A stretch of DNA of 64,000 bases from Phaeosaccion multiseriatum (taxonomy: Eukaryota; Protista; Ochrophyta, other classes): the NCBI GenBank assembly GCA_965112735.1, contig OZ218960.1:1116001-1180000 (forward strand), given 5' to 3'. A program made the position numbers and the translations under genes. Shown piece after piece: positions 30,549-42,687 of the stretch. The notes beneath the pieces were generated by a model, which was not told the DNA's origin, made no database searches, and saw only the letters and a program-made list of their open reading frames with translations. Every line of letters starts with the position of its first letter. Position 1 is the stretch's first letter.

Positions 30549-33500
30549 CTGCCATCTCCGCCCCCCCCCTTAGGTGCTGCTCAACGTGGCTGTGCAATGC
30601 GTGCTGGGGACAGAGTTTGGCGGGAACGGGGGATGTGCCTTCTTCTTTGACAGCGGTAGGTGGTGGGTAGGTCCTTCCTTCCTTACAATGAACCCTGCCC
30701 CCTTCCATTGAGGTTGTAGGTCACTCACGTATGCATACGTATGTATCGAAAAGCAGCTGTGAGAATGGCGCGAGCTACAGTATACCCTGCACCCTCCCCG
30801 AAAGATCAAAACTCGCTACAAGCTGACCTTGTTCCATTTTTTGGCTCCCCACTTGGCCTTCCTCCACCCCCTCCCCCATCCGCCCCCCCCCCGCCCCCAA
30901 CACTCACACCCGCGAATGGGCGCTGCTGAATGATGACGGCACGCAGAGGGCCGACTGAGCATCCATCGCCTCAACCAGCTCATTACAGAGCGTATCAAGA
31001 ACAGGTGAAGAAGACGGAAGGCGCTGTGGGTGAGGTGTCTTTGCGTGCTTCCTTGTGGCTGTGGACGTAAGGAACGTGCTTCCTCGTGGCTGTGGACGCG
31101 AGGAATGGTCTTTGGGTGGGGGACGTTGCTTGCTCGCACGAGGAGGGTATTGGCTTCCTGTACGACTTGGAAGAGGATGGGCGGGTGTTCGTGAGCTCTG
31201 GAGGGGAGGGAGGGAAGAGCGAATGGTGTATTCGGAGGTGTACGTCATAGGGAGTGTCTTGTGCATGCATCGGCGTTGCTCTGTGGGCAAGCCCCTTCCT
31301 TTCTTCCTTCCTTCCTTCCGTGGACCCCGAACGAATAACGCACACGCACGCGCCTACAAATACACACACGCACACGCGCACGCACACAACACACACAGCG
31401 CCGTGTACGGTGCGGGCCTGCTCTCTGCCGTACCGGGGATCTCACCCATGCGGCGCAGCGAGCAAGAGAGTGAGCAGCAAGAGAGCGAGCAAGAGGGAGG
31501 GGAGGGACAGACAGACGGTGGCCCCGACGGAGTTAACAACTACGACCTACAGACTCACATCCTCGCTGCGCTGCAGCGGCTCAAGGTACGCGTATACATG
31601 TGTCTCAGTGTATCGTTCAGTGTATCACCAACATGGGTGGGTGCGTGGGTGGGAGAGGGGCAGAGGGGGGCTCGACAGGGAGGCAGCAGGTCACCGCCAA
31701 AGAGAGGGACAAATTGGCCCCATCGACCGCTGCCGAGTCTCGCTGAAGCCGTGAAGCTGCCTGACGCCACCCCTGCTCTGACTGAAGCGTGGCCCCCTTG
31801 AAAGGCGTGAGCCCCTTCTTCATCCCCATGGCCCTGTCTGACCTGACGCACCTCACCTGCGGCGCTCTGTGCTTGCTCCTCGCTGCAATGCAATTGTCCG
31901 CTTCATCCAATGATCCAACGCATGACGCGGATGGATGGGATTGGATGCCTCAGGTGGTCAAGTGCCTCTCATCCTTCGAGGCGGTAGCAGCGCTGGAGAT
32001 TCTGTCGTACGAGCTCGACAGTGTGCCAGCTGTGATTCTCGTGGACGGTATCACGTCTTTCTGGTACGTCCACATGCAGTCGAGATTGGGCACGGCCAAG
32101 GAGATTGGGCATGACCAGGGAGATTAGGCATGACCAGGGAGGTTGGGCATGATTGGGCATGACCAGGGAGATTGGGCATGATTGGGCATGACCAGGGAGA
32201 TTAGGCATGACCAGGGAGATTGGGCATGACCAGGGAGATTAGGCATGACCAGGGAGATTAGGCATGACCAGGGAGATTGGGCATGATTGGGCATGACCAG
32301 GGAGATTGGGCATGACCAAGGAGATTGGGCATGACCAGGGAGATTGGGCATGACCAGGGAGACTGGGCATGACCAGGGAGATTGGGCATGACCAGGGAGA
32401 TTGGGCATGACCAGGGAGATTGGGCATGACCAGGGAGATTAGGCATGACCAGGGAGATTGGGCATGATTGGGCATGACCAGGGAGATTGGGCATGATTGG
32501 GCATGACCAGGGAGATTGGGCATGACCAGGGAGATTGGGCATGGCCAGGGAGATTGGGGGTGCTGTTTTGTGCCGAGGGGAGGTGCAGCTGACACTTTTG
32601 TGTTTTTGGGGAGGGCCTATGCTACGCGGCCGAACACAGAAAGCCTATCATCACAGAAAGCCCATCATCACAGAAAGCCCATTATCACAGAAAGCCCATC
32701 AACACAGAAAGCTCTGTGTGTGTGTGTTGTCTCTATTTACATCTCTTGTGTCTCATTTCTTTCTTTTCTCCCCTCTCCCTCTCTCTGTCTGAAGTGAAGT
32801 ACTTTCTCCTCCCTCCCTCCCTCCCTGCCTGGTCCATTTGTCGTGCACGCAAACAGGTGGCGTGACAGACAGGCTCTGCGCTACACAAACAGCCCCGGTA
32901 ACATGCAGCCCATGATGCTTGCGGCGCTCGTGCGCCTTGCCAAGACCAAGAATGTCGTCATATTCGCGACCCTCAAAGGTATGATATATCATATATATAT
33001 ACATGATATATATACATATATATACATATATATATACATGTTCATTGATATGTATACAGTGTGTGTATGTATGTGTGTGTGTGTGGTTGGGACGTTGCGT
33101 GCATGCCCATACCCCACCCTCTCCCACGCTTACGCACATGAACGAACGCTTCAACGCCTTTTGATTGAATCTTCGCTTCATGCGCGCATGCGGTGCTCAT
33201 GTGCATCTCTGTCTTTTAAAGTGCCTTTGCTTGGCAACCCCACTTGTACCCACGTGAAACACCACTGAATCGCTATCGTATAACTGAATACTTCTACTAC
33301 ATTATGCTCATGTCTATCTTCTCGCCCGCCCCCCCACCCCCCCACCCTCTCCGCAGAGCTCTACCCGGGCCGCCGAGATGTAGAGCCAAGCCGATACCAG
33401 CAGGGCACACCACAGCGGCTGCCAGGGGGGGGGGGCGAGGGCAGCAGCGGCAGCAGAGGCAGGGGGGGCAGTGACAGCAGACACAGAAGATCAAGCGGGG

Positions 33501-33883
33501 CCGCATCAAGCACGGCTTCACCCAGTTCCAGTGGAGCTGCGGGAAAGTTGTGGGGTCTTCCTGACGTGTGGACCAAAGCCGTGCACCACCGCATCCGACT
33601 GCAGCGCTACAGCTACCACCAGCAGCACAACAGCCACCACCAGCTAAGGCAACAACAGCAGCCGTATCAGGAGGAGCAACAGCAACAGCAGGAGCTGCTG
33701 TATCGCTTCGAGGCGACGGTGCAAATGGGGCAAGAGATGGCGCAGCAAAGCAGCTTTTCTAGCGACAACACCTCGTCGTACGCATTCGTTGTGCACGATT
33801 CTGGCATCAAGAACATTCCGCGGCCGGCCCTGTCTGCGGCGAGAGGGTTTCCCACGCCCATGGTGCCGGCCTTCGAGTCGTGA
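29639..33883 (+). CDS. XRCC2: RAD51 paralog, XRCC2-like; ~8 exons (29639-29795, 30038-30168, 30574-30655, 30948-31003, 31399-31585, 31954-32064, 32857-32978, 33357-33883)
   Basis: DETALSSFRR near the N-terminus, GLKPGTIVELTGASGTGKTE (Walker A), CVLGTEFGGNG..FFDSEGRLSIHRL, VILVDGITSFW (Walker B) and VWTKAVHHRI. Confidence 0.8.
32082..32556. repeat. 19-bp intronic minisatellite (GGGCATGACCAGGGAGATT)n with 10-bp GGGCATGATT variant units
   Basis: About 25 tandem units directly after a donor site. Confidence 0.95.
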
Positions 33884-35539
33884 GTGCATGAGCGGGAGTC
33901 AGGCCAGTGGCCCAGATCATGACAGGGTGTCAGGACAGGGGCCCGGTCATGAGTAGGTGTAGACCTTGGAAAGGCTGTGCATCAGGACCAACCGACTCGG
34001 CCGCATCAAAGTGGCGCGATCACTTTCCAACGGCGATGGACTTCGTGTACGCCATCGGCGAGCTCCTCCCTGCTGGTTGTCCTCCTTCAGGCCACGGCAG
34101 CGTCCACTCCGGTGAGACGCCCCCAACACCAGCCACAAGGGACGCCCACTGCGACCATCTGACGCACCGAGACCGCTGGCAGAGGATCAGCCGCACACAG
34201 CGCTCGGCACCATCGGAGCAACCACTCCGTGGTAGCGGTCTGCTTCACCCACGTGGGCCCGAGGAGGGGAACGGCCCGTACCTGTCTGCCGTACCTCTTG
34301 CTGTGTTTTGCAGGCTCTCGTCGCTCAGTCAGAGCCGAGTCTGATTGATGCTCTCTGGTGTGGTGTACAGGAGAGCCTGAGGAGCTTGGTGGCTTGGCTT
34401 GGCCTGGCTTGGCGTACACTCTTGCCGGGACTGTGTGTGGTGAGAGGCTCGATTCTCAAAGACACAATCGAGCAATCGAGCGGAACAGCCGCTACTGAGC
34501 CGCTACTTGAGGAGCCACTACTGACCCACCAGCGTGGAGCGGAACAGCGGCCACGGAACCACGGAGTGGCGCGGAACGGCGACTTCTGAGCCCCAAGGCC
34601 GGGATGGAGGACATCGATCAGCTAAATGGCTGAAGCTTTAAAAGCTCAACTGCCACTGAGCCACAAAGCCGGGACGTGGGGACATGAAATCAGCTCAATT
34701 GCTTGAGCTTTGAAAGCTCTTGTGTGCGTGTGTGCTTGGGAAATCCAGGGCGACGCGAGGGAAAGAAGCGAGTATGCATTTGGTGCTTTTAACTCCTTTC
34801 TCATTTCAAATGGTTGATGACCTGTGGTTTCCGCACTTACGCCCTGCCCGCACTGTGTATGTCCCGAGCGCAGATAGGATGGGTAGGGCATTCGCAAACT
34901 GGCGGACTCTCTCTCTCCTCTCTTCCCCGGCCTACTGTACTGGCACTTACTTCACTCCTCGCCTTCACGCATGGCTCATGCTGCCTTTTCCCAATCCTCG
35001 TTTCTCCGTTCATGTGTGCAGTCAAGAGAACTAATAATATGACAATCCGATCCATTACTTTTGCCGGCCTCTTCCCTGTGCTGGCGAAACGGCTGGAGGC
35101 GCGACTTTTCCCTTTCCTTTCCTCTGCTTCACTACTTTCTCTCCTCTTCCTTGCACCTGGCCCAGAGGGGTGAGGTAGCCGGCAGCCAACGGCCCGTAGC
35201 CCCCCCCACTCCTCGCCCGCCCGCCGCCGCTTCGCTTCTTAAATGAGCCACAGCGGCATATATATTCTTTTGCTGACTGACTGACCTGGTGGCTCGCATC
35301 GCACCTCTCCTCTCCTCTCCTCTCCTCTTAATCTTCACCATCATCTCCCTCCAAGCCAGAGGACAAGTTTGGCAGTTGCGCCTTCTCTCCTGGGGCCTCG
35401 TCTGCCTCTCTGCTTCTCCTGAAACGGCGGCGCCGCTCGGCCCAGCCACCCTTGCTGGCTACTTGCACCACCCCCCTCTCCACCTCCTCTCCTCGTCACT
35501 GGCTCGCCAGTATGTCAGCAACAGCCCGCTCCGTCCTCC

Positions 35540-37256
35540 TCAACGGCCGGAGCGGGGCCGATCTCGCCCGCTAAGACGCATGGCGAGCTGCATGTCCTTA
35601 GGTTGGATCTGTTGGAGCCAGCAGCCACATGGTGTGGTGGGAGGGGGGAGGGGAGAGGGAAGAGGAGGGAGAAGGAAGGGCGAGCGGGTCAAGCATGGAT
35701 TTACTACCTCAGGGACGTTCGTCTATCCGCCCCCCAATCCCTGCCTACTGTGAGTCCAGAACAAGCTCCTCTGTGACTTTCAGGGCGGGTCTACTTCTCC
35801 ACCTTGCTGCTTCGACCACGCGACGTATCCTCAGTCCTTACCACCCTCCACAATGGCTACCCCAAAGCTCTACGACCACCTGCCCACACTCCGCCGTCCT
35901 CAGCACTAGTCACCTTTTCCCTGCTGGAGACGTAGCCTTCCTGCTGTCCCTTTCTTGCTACTAAAGGGGATCTGCTAAAAGGTCACCTTCACACACACCG
36001 GACGGTCTAGACTGTGGACAGACTATCGACCTCACCGGACGGTCTAGACTGTGGATAGACTATCGACCTCATAGTAGGTCACGCACGCACGCACGCACGG
36101 TCACGTTAACGCACCGTCACTCTCTTGGCGTGAAGGGCGCACAAGTTGGAGTCTTCAAACACGCCCACGAGGTATGCCTCCGAAGCCTCCTGTGTAATGT
36201 CAGCAACGGGTGGGGTGGGGTGCAGGCAGGGGTGGGGAGGGAAGGGGGCGGGGAGCGAGGGCGGGAGGCGAGGGGAGCGAAGGCGCCCGGGATCGCGAGA
36301 GCATCAGCGTTAGGCGTATACACCTTGCTTCTTTTCGGTCGAAGTAGCTCTGTGTTTCCTTGTCCGTGTTTTGGGATGGAAAGGGGAAACGCAACACGTG
36401 GCTACTGACAGTGAAGCCACACGGCCTTCCTCTCACACACACCTGAAGTGCTTCCAGAGCGCTGGCCTGAAGGATAGGGTCAGGGTCAGGGTCAGGGGCG
36501 GAGGACGATTCATAGCAGGGGTGGGTGGGCGGAGCCAAGCGACGCGCCGAAATCGACATGAAGAGAAGTCTAGAAGTCTAGTTGAGGAAAGGAATGTTAC
36601 CCCCCCCCCCGCTCCCCCGCTCCCCCGCTCCGAGCCTCCTGGCAGGAAGGGAGCAGCAACAGGCAAGCGAAAAACAACCACCATATGCACTAACCTGAAA
36701 GCGACAGTCCATCTTGTACTCTGTTGCAATCTCTCTCACCAGACCTGGAAGGAGGGAGGGAGGGAGGAGGGAGGCAGCATCAGCAGGGAGAGGGAATTTA
36801 GCGGATAGAGGATGAGCGAGGGTAGGCGAACATGGGAGCGAATATGAATAAGCCCCCAGCCCACTCACGCTGGAAGGGAAGCTTGCGGATGAGTAGCTCC
36901 GTGGTCCTCTGGTAGCGGCGGATCTCACGCAAGGCCACGGTTCCGGGGCGGAACCTGTGGGGCTTCCGGGGTGTCCCATCCTTCTTCCTATAAGCAATCA
37001 CAAGAAGGAGCGTTCACAGGAAGAGAGTGATCAAAAAGTCTATGATTAGCAAGGGGTAAAACAGGGGGGTGGGCGCTCACGGGCCCAGCGTTGAGCTACA
37101 AATGAATATCCGGGGGAAGACTCACTTCACACGTCCGTCCCTCTTGGTAGACTTTTTGGCTGTCTTCTTTGCTACTGCCGCCTTGCCGCCCACTCTCTTC
37201 TCGGACCCCATGCCCGTTTCGTCCCTCTTCGGTCGACACTGCTTGGTTGTCGCCAT
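35540..37256 (-). CDS. Divergent histone H3 variant, 155 aa, 6 exons (37256-37126, 36987-36869, 36744-36695, 36466-36443, 36189-36115, 35608-35540)
   Basis: The spliced frame is intact (468 nt): ...[104 protein letters not shown]. Confidence 0.93.
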
Positions 37257-37533
37257 CCTTTGATGTTGATGAAAGTTTCCTCACGTCAATTTAGCGCGAT
37301 TTGGCGCCCATTCACAGATGTGTTGAATGTCCAACAAGTGTACTGGGCGTGAAACTGCGTGAGGGTTTATCACCTTCTCCCGGCCCTTCCCGCTCGATCT
37401 TTCTGCTACCCCTGCGCTCCTATGGGTAGGTGTCACCGAAGGCAGCGCAGATACATCAGCGCAACGAGCGGTGACGCGACTGCAATTCATTTCTAACTAC
37501 CTTCCCTTTGTTGTCGCGTCCCGCTCCATGCAG

Positions 37534-38201
37534 GCGAGGAAGGCCTTCTGCAACTTGAGAACCAGACTCTACGGCGCAAGCTACAGGAGCTGGAGGAAAA
37601 GCTTGTTCGTGCAGAGGACTCTGTGACTGAGCGGATATCGGCTCTGCGCTTGGTAGAGAACGAGACCACTAACCTGTTGGAAGGGTCTGTCAAGGTGGGG
37701 GGCTCTCTGGATTCCGTAAACACTTACAGTGATAGCCTTCTAGAGCAGCAGCAACCCTCACCCCATGCCCAGCAGCAGCACCAGCAGCACCAGCAGCACC
37801 AGCAGCACCAGCAGGAGCAGGAGGCCTGGTCCAGCGTACAGGCAGTACTTCAGCATGTAGACAGCGCCCGCTCAGATGCGCAGGAGAGCGACAGCTCCCG
37901 GAAGCGCCTCCAACGAGACCTCCGCTACCTGGAGGGCCTACTGCACCGGGCCAAGAGCGAAAGGGGAGAGTTTGAAGGCGTGGTGCGGCATCTCGAGGCA
38001 CAGATAGGCCAGGAGAGGGCCAGGCGGGTGAGTGAATTTGGTGGTAGGTGGGAACTCCTACAATTGCTGTCTAGGCACGCCGTCTGGCCTTACGTTTGAG
38101 CACGCACGTTGCTCTGCGGTGTGCGAAAGGGAGGAGCGAAGGGCAAGAAACAGGGCAGGCATCACCAATCTCTGTCCACCGTTCCTCAATCTGCGCTCTC
38201 C

Positions 38202-38232
<31 letters not shown>

Positions 38233-39225
38233 TGCTGCTGCTGCTACTGGCGATGGCGGTTGTGGTGGTGGTGGCCCCCACGTGCTTGTCATGAGTAGGA
38301 GGAGGCGGAGAGCGCTCTTGCGGCGTCTGAGGCGAGCTTCTTGAAGGTGCTGGCGATGGACCGCCAGCGCTACGAAAAGAGAGCGGCGCAGATGGTGAGT
38401 GGAGTGGGGCTGCTGGCTCGACACGTGCGAGAGCACGCTCACAGCCATCACTCACTCACTGACTGACTAGAGCCTTGAGCCACTGCTACACCGCACCGGC
38501 CTCTGGGTGGTTCATTGGAGTACGTACGGTGCTCCAATCTCAAGGGGGCAAGGCGTCCAAGAAGACCATGATGGAAGCACCTTCGTCTTCCCTTTCCCCT
38601 CTCTCACTACCTTTTCACTACTCGTATGCCCTCCTGCGCCACCCCTCCTCCCTCCTTCACTTTGTAGGACTTGAAGAGCCTGCGAATGGAGCAGGTGCTT
38701 AGCAAGGTGCTGGCCTGGGAAGGTGATGTGTTGGAGGGTGTACAAAGGGCGGCACAGGGACAGGGGACTGCTTCTACCGCCCCGACCACCACCGTAGCAA
38801 GGGACGGAAGCACACAAGACGCATCCACGCCGGAAACGAGTGGCGGCGATGAAGGGAGGAGTGAATGGAGTGAGCGTGTGGAAGAGACGCTGAGCGGCGG
38901 TGGGGAGGGAGCGCCGGGGTCCAGAGAAAGAGGCGTCGTTAGAGGAGCGGGGGGAGGAGGCGAGAGAGAAGGGCGCGGGATTGGAGAGGAGAGGGGCGAC
39001 GGGAAGGAGCAGACTCTCCAACAGGTGGTGGATGAGGCGCGGCGGGACTTGGCGGGGTGGGAAGAGCAAGTCGGACGGCTGAGCGAAGAGCTCATGCCGA
39101 GGTCGCCGGGGCGACGGAGACCCAAGACCACAGGAGCCAAGACGCGACAGCAGCAGCAGCAGCAGTATCGAAAAGAGCGGGGCAGCAGGAGCGCGAGCTG
39201 TAGCGGGCGTCGGGTAGCGGGATGA
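37534..39225 (+). CDS. Uncharacterised coiled-coil protein (multi-exon; 5' exon not resolved)
   Basis: Exons ~37534-38027, ~38299-38394 and ~38668-39225 encode heptad-rich sequence (LQLENQTLRRKLQELEEKL; KSLRMEQVLSKVLAWE). Confidence 0.55.
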
Positions 39226-39960
39226 CCCGATGGGCTTGGAATGGGGGAGGGTGGAAGTTGCAGTGAGCTCCGTTCACACTGGCGGACGACTGCTAGAAAT
39301 AATATGTAATTAACATACGTGATACCTCATTCTAACCCTACACATTCTAGCGTATGTACAGAAATTGTGTACTCCCCTACTTAGGTGACTCCTATCAGTC
39401 AATAAAATATGCCAACAGTACATAAGGCATGGGCTGCAGCGGTAGGCGCTTAGTTGTGACAACCGGAGACTTCTTACGTCTCCTGCTCTCTCTCTCGCCA
39501 TCTCCCGTCCGAGGGTCCCGCCCTACCCTTCGCCCTAGGGCCTGGTGCCACGACCGCCGGACGCCTCGCGTGTGCCAACCTCCGAATGCCAGGCACGAAG
39601 AACTTACCTTTTTAAAAGTAAAATGCAGCGTGAACGATATGCTTGATCCATTGCGTGGGCTCTTTCCGGCCGGGGTTGCCCGACCGAAAAGGTGTCCCCT
39701 GCTGTTCTGCCCCCCCCCCCCCCTCCTCCGCTCTGCTTTGCTTTGCTTTGCTTTGCTATCCTTTCCTCTCCTCTGCCTTGCGGTCCTCTTCTCTCTGCCT
39801 GCTCTGCTCTGGTCTCTGTTCTCCTCCTCCTGCTCCACTCTGTTATCCTCCTCCTCCTCCCCCTCCTCCTCCTCGTCCTCCTCCTCCTCCTCCTCCTCCT
39901 CCTCCTCCTCCTCCTCCTCCTCCTCCTCCTCCTCCTCCACTCTGTTCTCCTCTCGTCTCC

Positions 39961-40494
39961 TCAGCCCACGAAGAGCATCTCCTTTTTGAGCGCGTCGGCC
40001 ATCTCCTTCCCCTCCAACACCTCCACCAGCTTGAGCGCAAACTCCAATGAAGTGCCTGGGCCTTGACTGGTGATGAGGTTCCCATCCACTACCACCTTCT
40101 TATCTGATCTGTGCTCTCCGAGCATCTCCACAAACTTGTCTGCCGGGTAACACGTGGCGGACTTGCCCTTCAGCAGGTCATAGTGGGCCAGAATCACCGC
40201 TGTTGGCATGGCGTAGTTGGGGTCGGTGAGGAGTAAAGCAATGGAGGTAGGCATTGAGGAGCAAGGCAATGGAGGAAGGCATGTAGGGTCGGGTGAGGTG
40301 AGGAAGAGGAAGCAGGAAAGCAAGGGGGAGGGACGCAAGTATAAGAAGGGGGAAGACAAGCGAGAAGTTCCATCACACATGGGCGCAAGTAGATGAACAC
40401 ACACACACACAGAGACACACAGACACACACACACACACACAGACACACACACACACACAGACACACAGACACACACACGCACACGCACACACAC

Positions 40495-40574
<80 letters not shown>

Positions 40575-41041
40575 ACGCACACACACAAGCGCAACTCGCG
40601 CACGCGCCCGCAAGGACAGGCTTGAAGAGAGCAGGGCTGCACAAGCACAGCGATGAGCGAGGGGGGTCACAAGCAAAAAGCGTTACAAACAAGACCCCGC
40701 GCCGCGTCCCAACCACCCACCCACCTGGGGCAGCGCAGATGGCAGCTACGTATCGCCCGTCAGTTACTTGCTGGGGAGTGGTGGAGAAGCGTAGAGAAGG
40801 AGGGGACGAAGGAGGGGGGCGGTGGGAAGGGAGTCGAGAAAGCAAAGGATGGGGGGGGGGGGGGGATGGAGCGAAGCGACAGAGCCCAGGCAGAGGAGGG
40901 CTTTGGGGGAAGTGTAGAAGGTGTGAAAGGGACAGTTTGGCTCTAATAAAAAAAGCTTTGCTTTCATACTCTTACTTGTTTGAGCATATTCTCGAGGACC
41001 TCGTTGTCTCTTAGGTTGGCCGCTCCCGGCATGCCTGCCGA

Positions 41042-41084
<43 letters not shown>

Positions 41085-41299
41085 CAGAGATACACAACAC
41101 ATACGTAAGTACACAAAAGAAGGGAGGAGACCGACGGGGCACTGCACTGGCCGCCAGAAACACAGGGTGGCGGGCAGGACGTCGATATCGTAAGGGGCGC
41201 GTGTCGCGGAGGCAGTTGGAGGGTTCGGGGGCCTGGCGCACACGAAAACATGAGAAATCTTACGCTCCTCCTATCTCATTCATTTCCGAGCTACAACAG

Positions 41300-41349
<50 letters not shown>

Positions 41350-42139
41350 CCCTGTATTCCCATCTCGTTCCCCGAGCTGTTGCTGATTCGCGTTACTTCT
41401 CTCTTTCTCTCTTTTGTACTGTTACCTCCTGGGCAGACGATCATGTCCCACTCGTCCTCCACACACTCTCCGATGGGCTTCTCGGCCACGATTTTCACGC
41501 CTCGAGAGCATGTCACCTGTACACACAGAGAGAGGCACACAGGGCACGGGCAGCCATCAGACTCGTGCTTAGGAGAGTGGGATATGACCTGGCGGAGCAG
41601 GAGGGATCATAACTAAACAGATGTGGTTGCTCTGTGGAGGTAGCGGACTACTTGCTGCTCGCGGCCAGGGTTGCCAGCGCCTCCTCCTCCAGCCCTCCCC
41701 GCACTCAGTAACACTCTTCGCATACCTGTAGCGCTGGCGAACAGCTTGCCACCGTGACATGGAGCTTGGCCCTGTGTCACGAGGAGGGAGGTGGTGGGGC
41801 TCAGCCTACCCTTGTGGGGGGAGAAGGAGGGGGGACGGTCGCAGTCGAAGCTCATTACCTGACCAGAGTGTCGATGATGGTGACGCTCTCAAGTTCTTCA
41901 CTCCCATCCGCAAGTGGCACCAAAACTTTCTTTATTACTGACAGTGGGTGGGGGGCAGAGGACATCATCCGAGGGGTCAGGCGCGGCTTGCACCCGAGCC
42001 CAGCTGCGGGGACAAAGGCAGAGCTCTTCCTCACGCAGGAGGGGGTCAGGCGCGGCTTGCACCCGAGCCCAGCTGCGGGGACAAAGGCAGAGCTCTTCCC
42101 CACGCAGGAGGCAGCTCCGACGAGGGCCAATCGCAGCAT
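39961..42139 (-). CDS. DJ-1/PfpI (ThiJ/YajL) family glyoxalase/deglycase with a bipartite plastid-type presequence, ~6 exons
   Basis: KKVLVPLADGSEELESVTIIDTLVR | AKLHVTVAS | VTCSRGVKIVAEK..DMIVCPGG | MPGAANL | VAAICAAP (catalytic Cys) | KSATCYP...VVVDGNLITSQGPGTSLEFAL. Confidence 0.93.
41973..42110. repeat. In-frame 69-bp tandem duplication in DJ-1 exon 1
   Basis: SCV[G/R]KSSAFVPAAGLGCKPRLTP occurs twice, with one nucleotide difference. Confidence 0.95.
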
Positions 42140-42687
42140 TCGCCAACACCCTCCTGCAGAGGCGGCAACACGGGGTTGTGTGCCTTTTTATGGGGGTGTC
42201 GAGGTAATCTTAATCTTCCCTCAAGATCAAGACAAGGATTAAAGCTGGAGAGTCTTAAGCGCCCTCCCTTGTTAAAGCACTCAAAGAAAGTACTCACCAG
42301 CTGACATATCGTCGTCTAATCTCTCTCCTCAATACGCTTGTAGCCCTCCCTTTCAGGATGACCCATTGACAGAGAAATTGAAGAACAATATGTCAGCAAA
42401 GCATGGCACTGGATGGCACCCACCCGCCAAGCCGCCAAGCCCTCTCCAACTCTCCACCACCAAGAACTGCCAAGGCCTCCCCTCATCGAGAGAGACCAGG
42501 AATCGACCTTCCTGACCGTCTATCTTTGCTTCTCCGGTCGCAACTTCGAGTGGACTGCGCCGTGGGGCAACCAACGGAGGAGCGAAGACGAAGAGAGAAA
42601 AGGGGGGAGGACGAGGACAAAGACTGAGTTGGTTGGGTGTAAAGCAGTCAGTAGCTGCTGGAGCAGCATCTACTTCGAGCCGGAGCC

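Noticed and set aside
33900-35500. Short ORFs between XRCC2 and the H3 variant
   Set aside because: No recognisable motif or consistent exon chain. A small or decayed gene cannot be excluded.
35540-37256. Firm CENH3/CENP-A call
   Set aside because: Q68, F84 and loop-1 length are canonical-type, so it is left as an unassigned H3 variant.
39961-42139. DJ-1 as part of a chromatin cluster (histone deglycase)
   Set aside because: Its presequence indicates plastid targeting, so a functional link to the H3 variant is unsupported.
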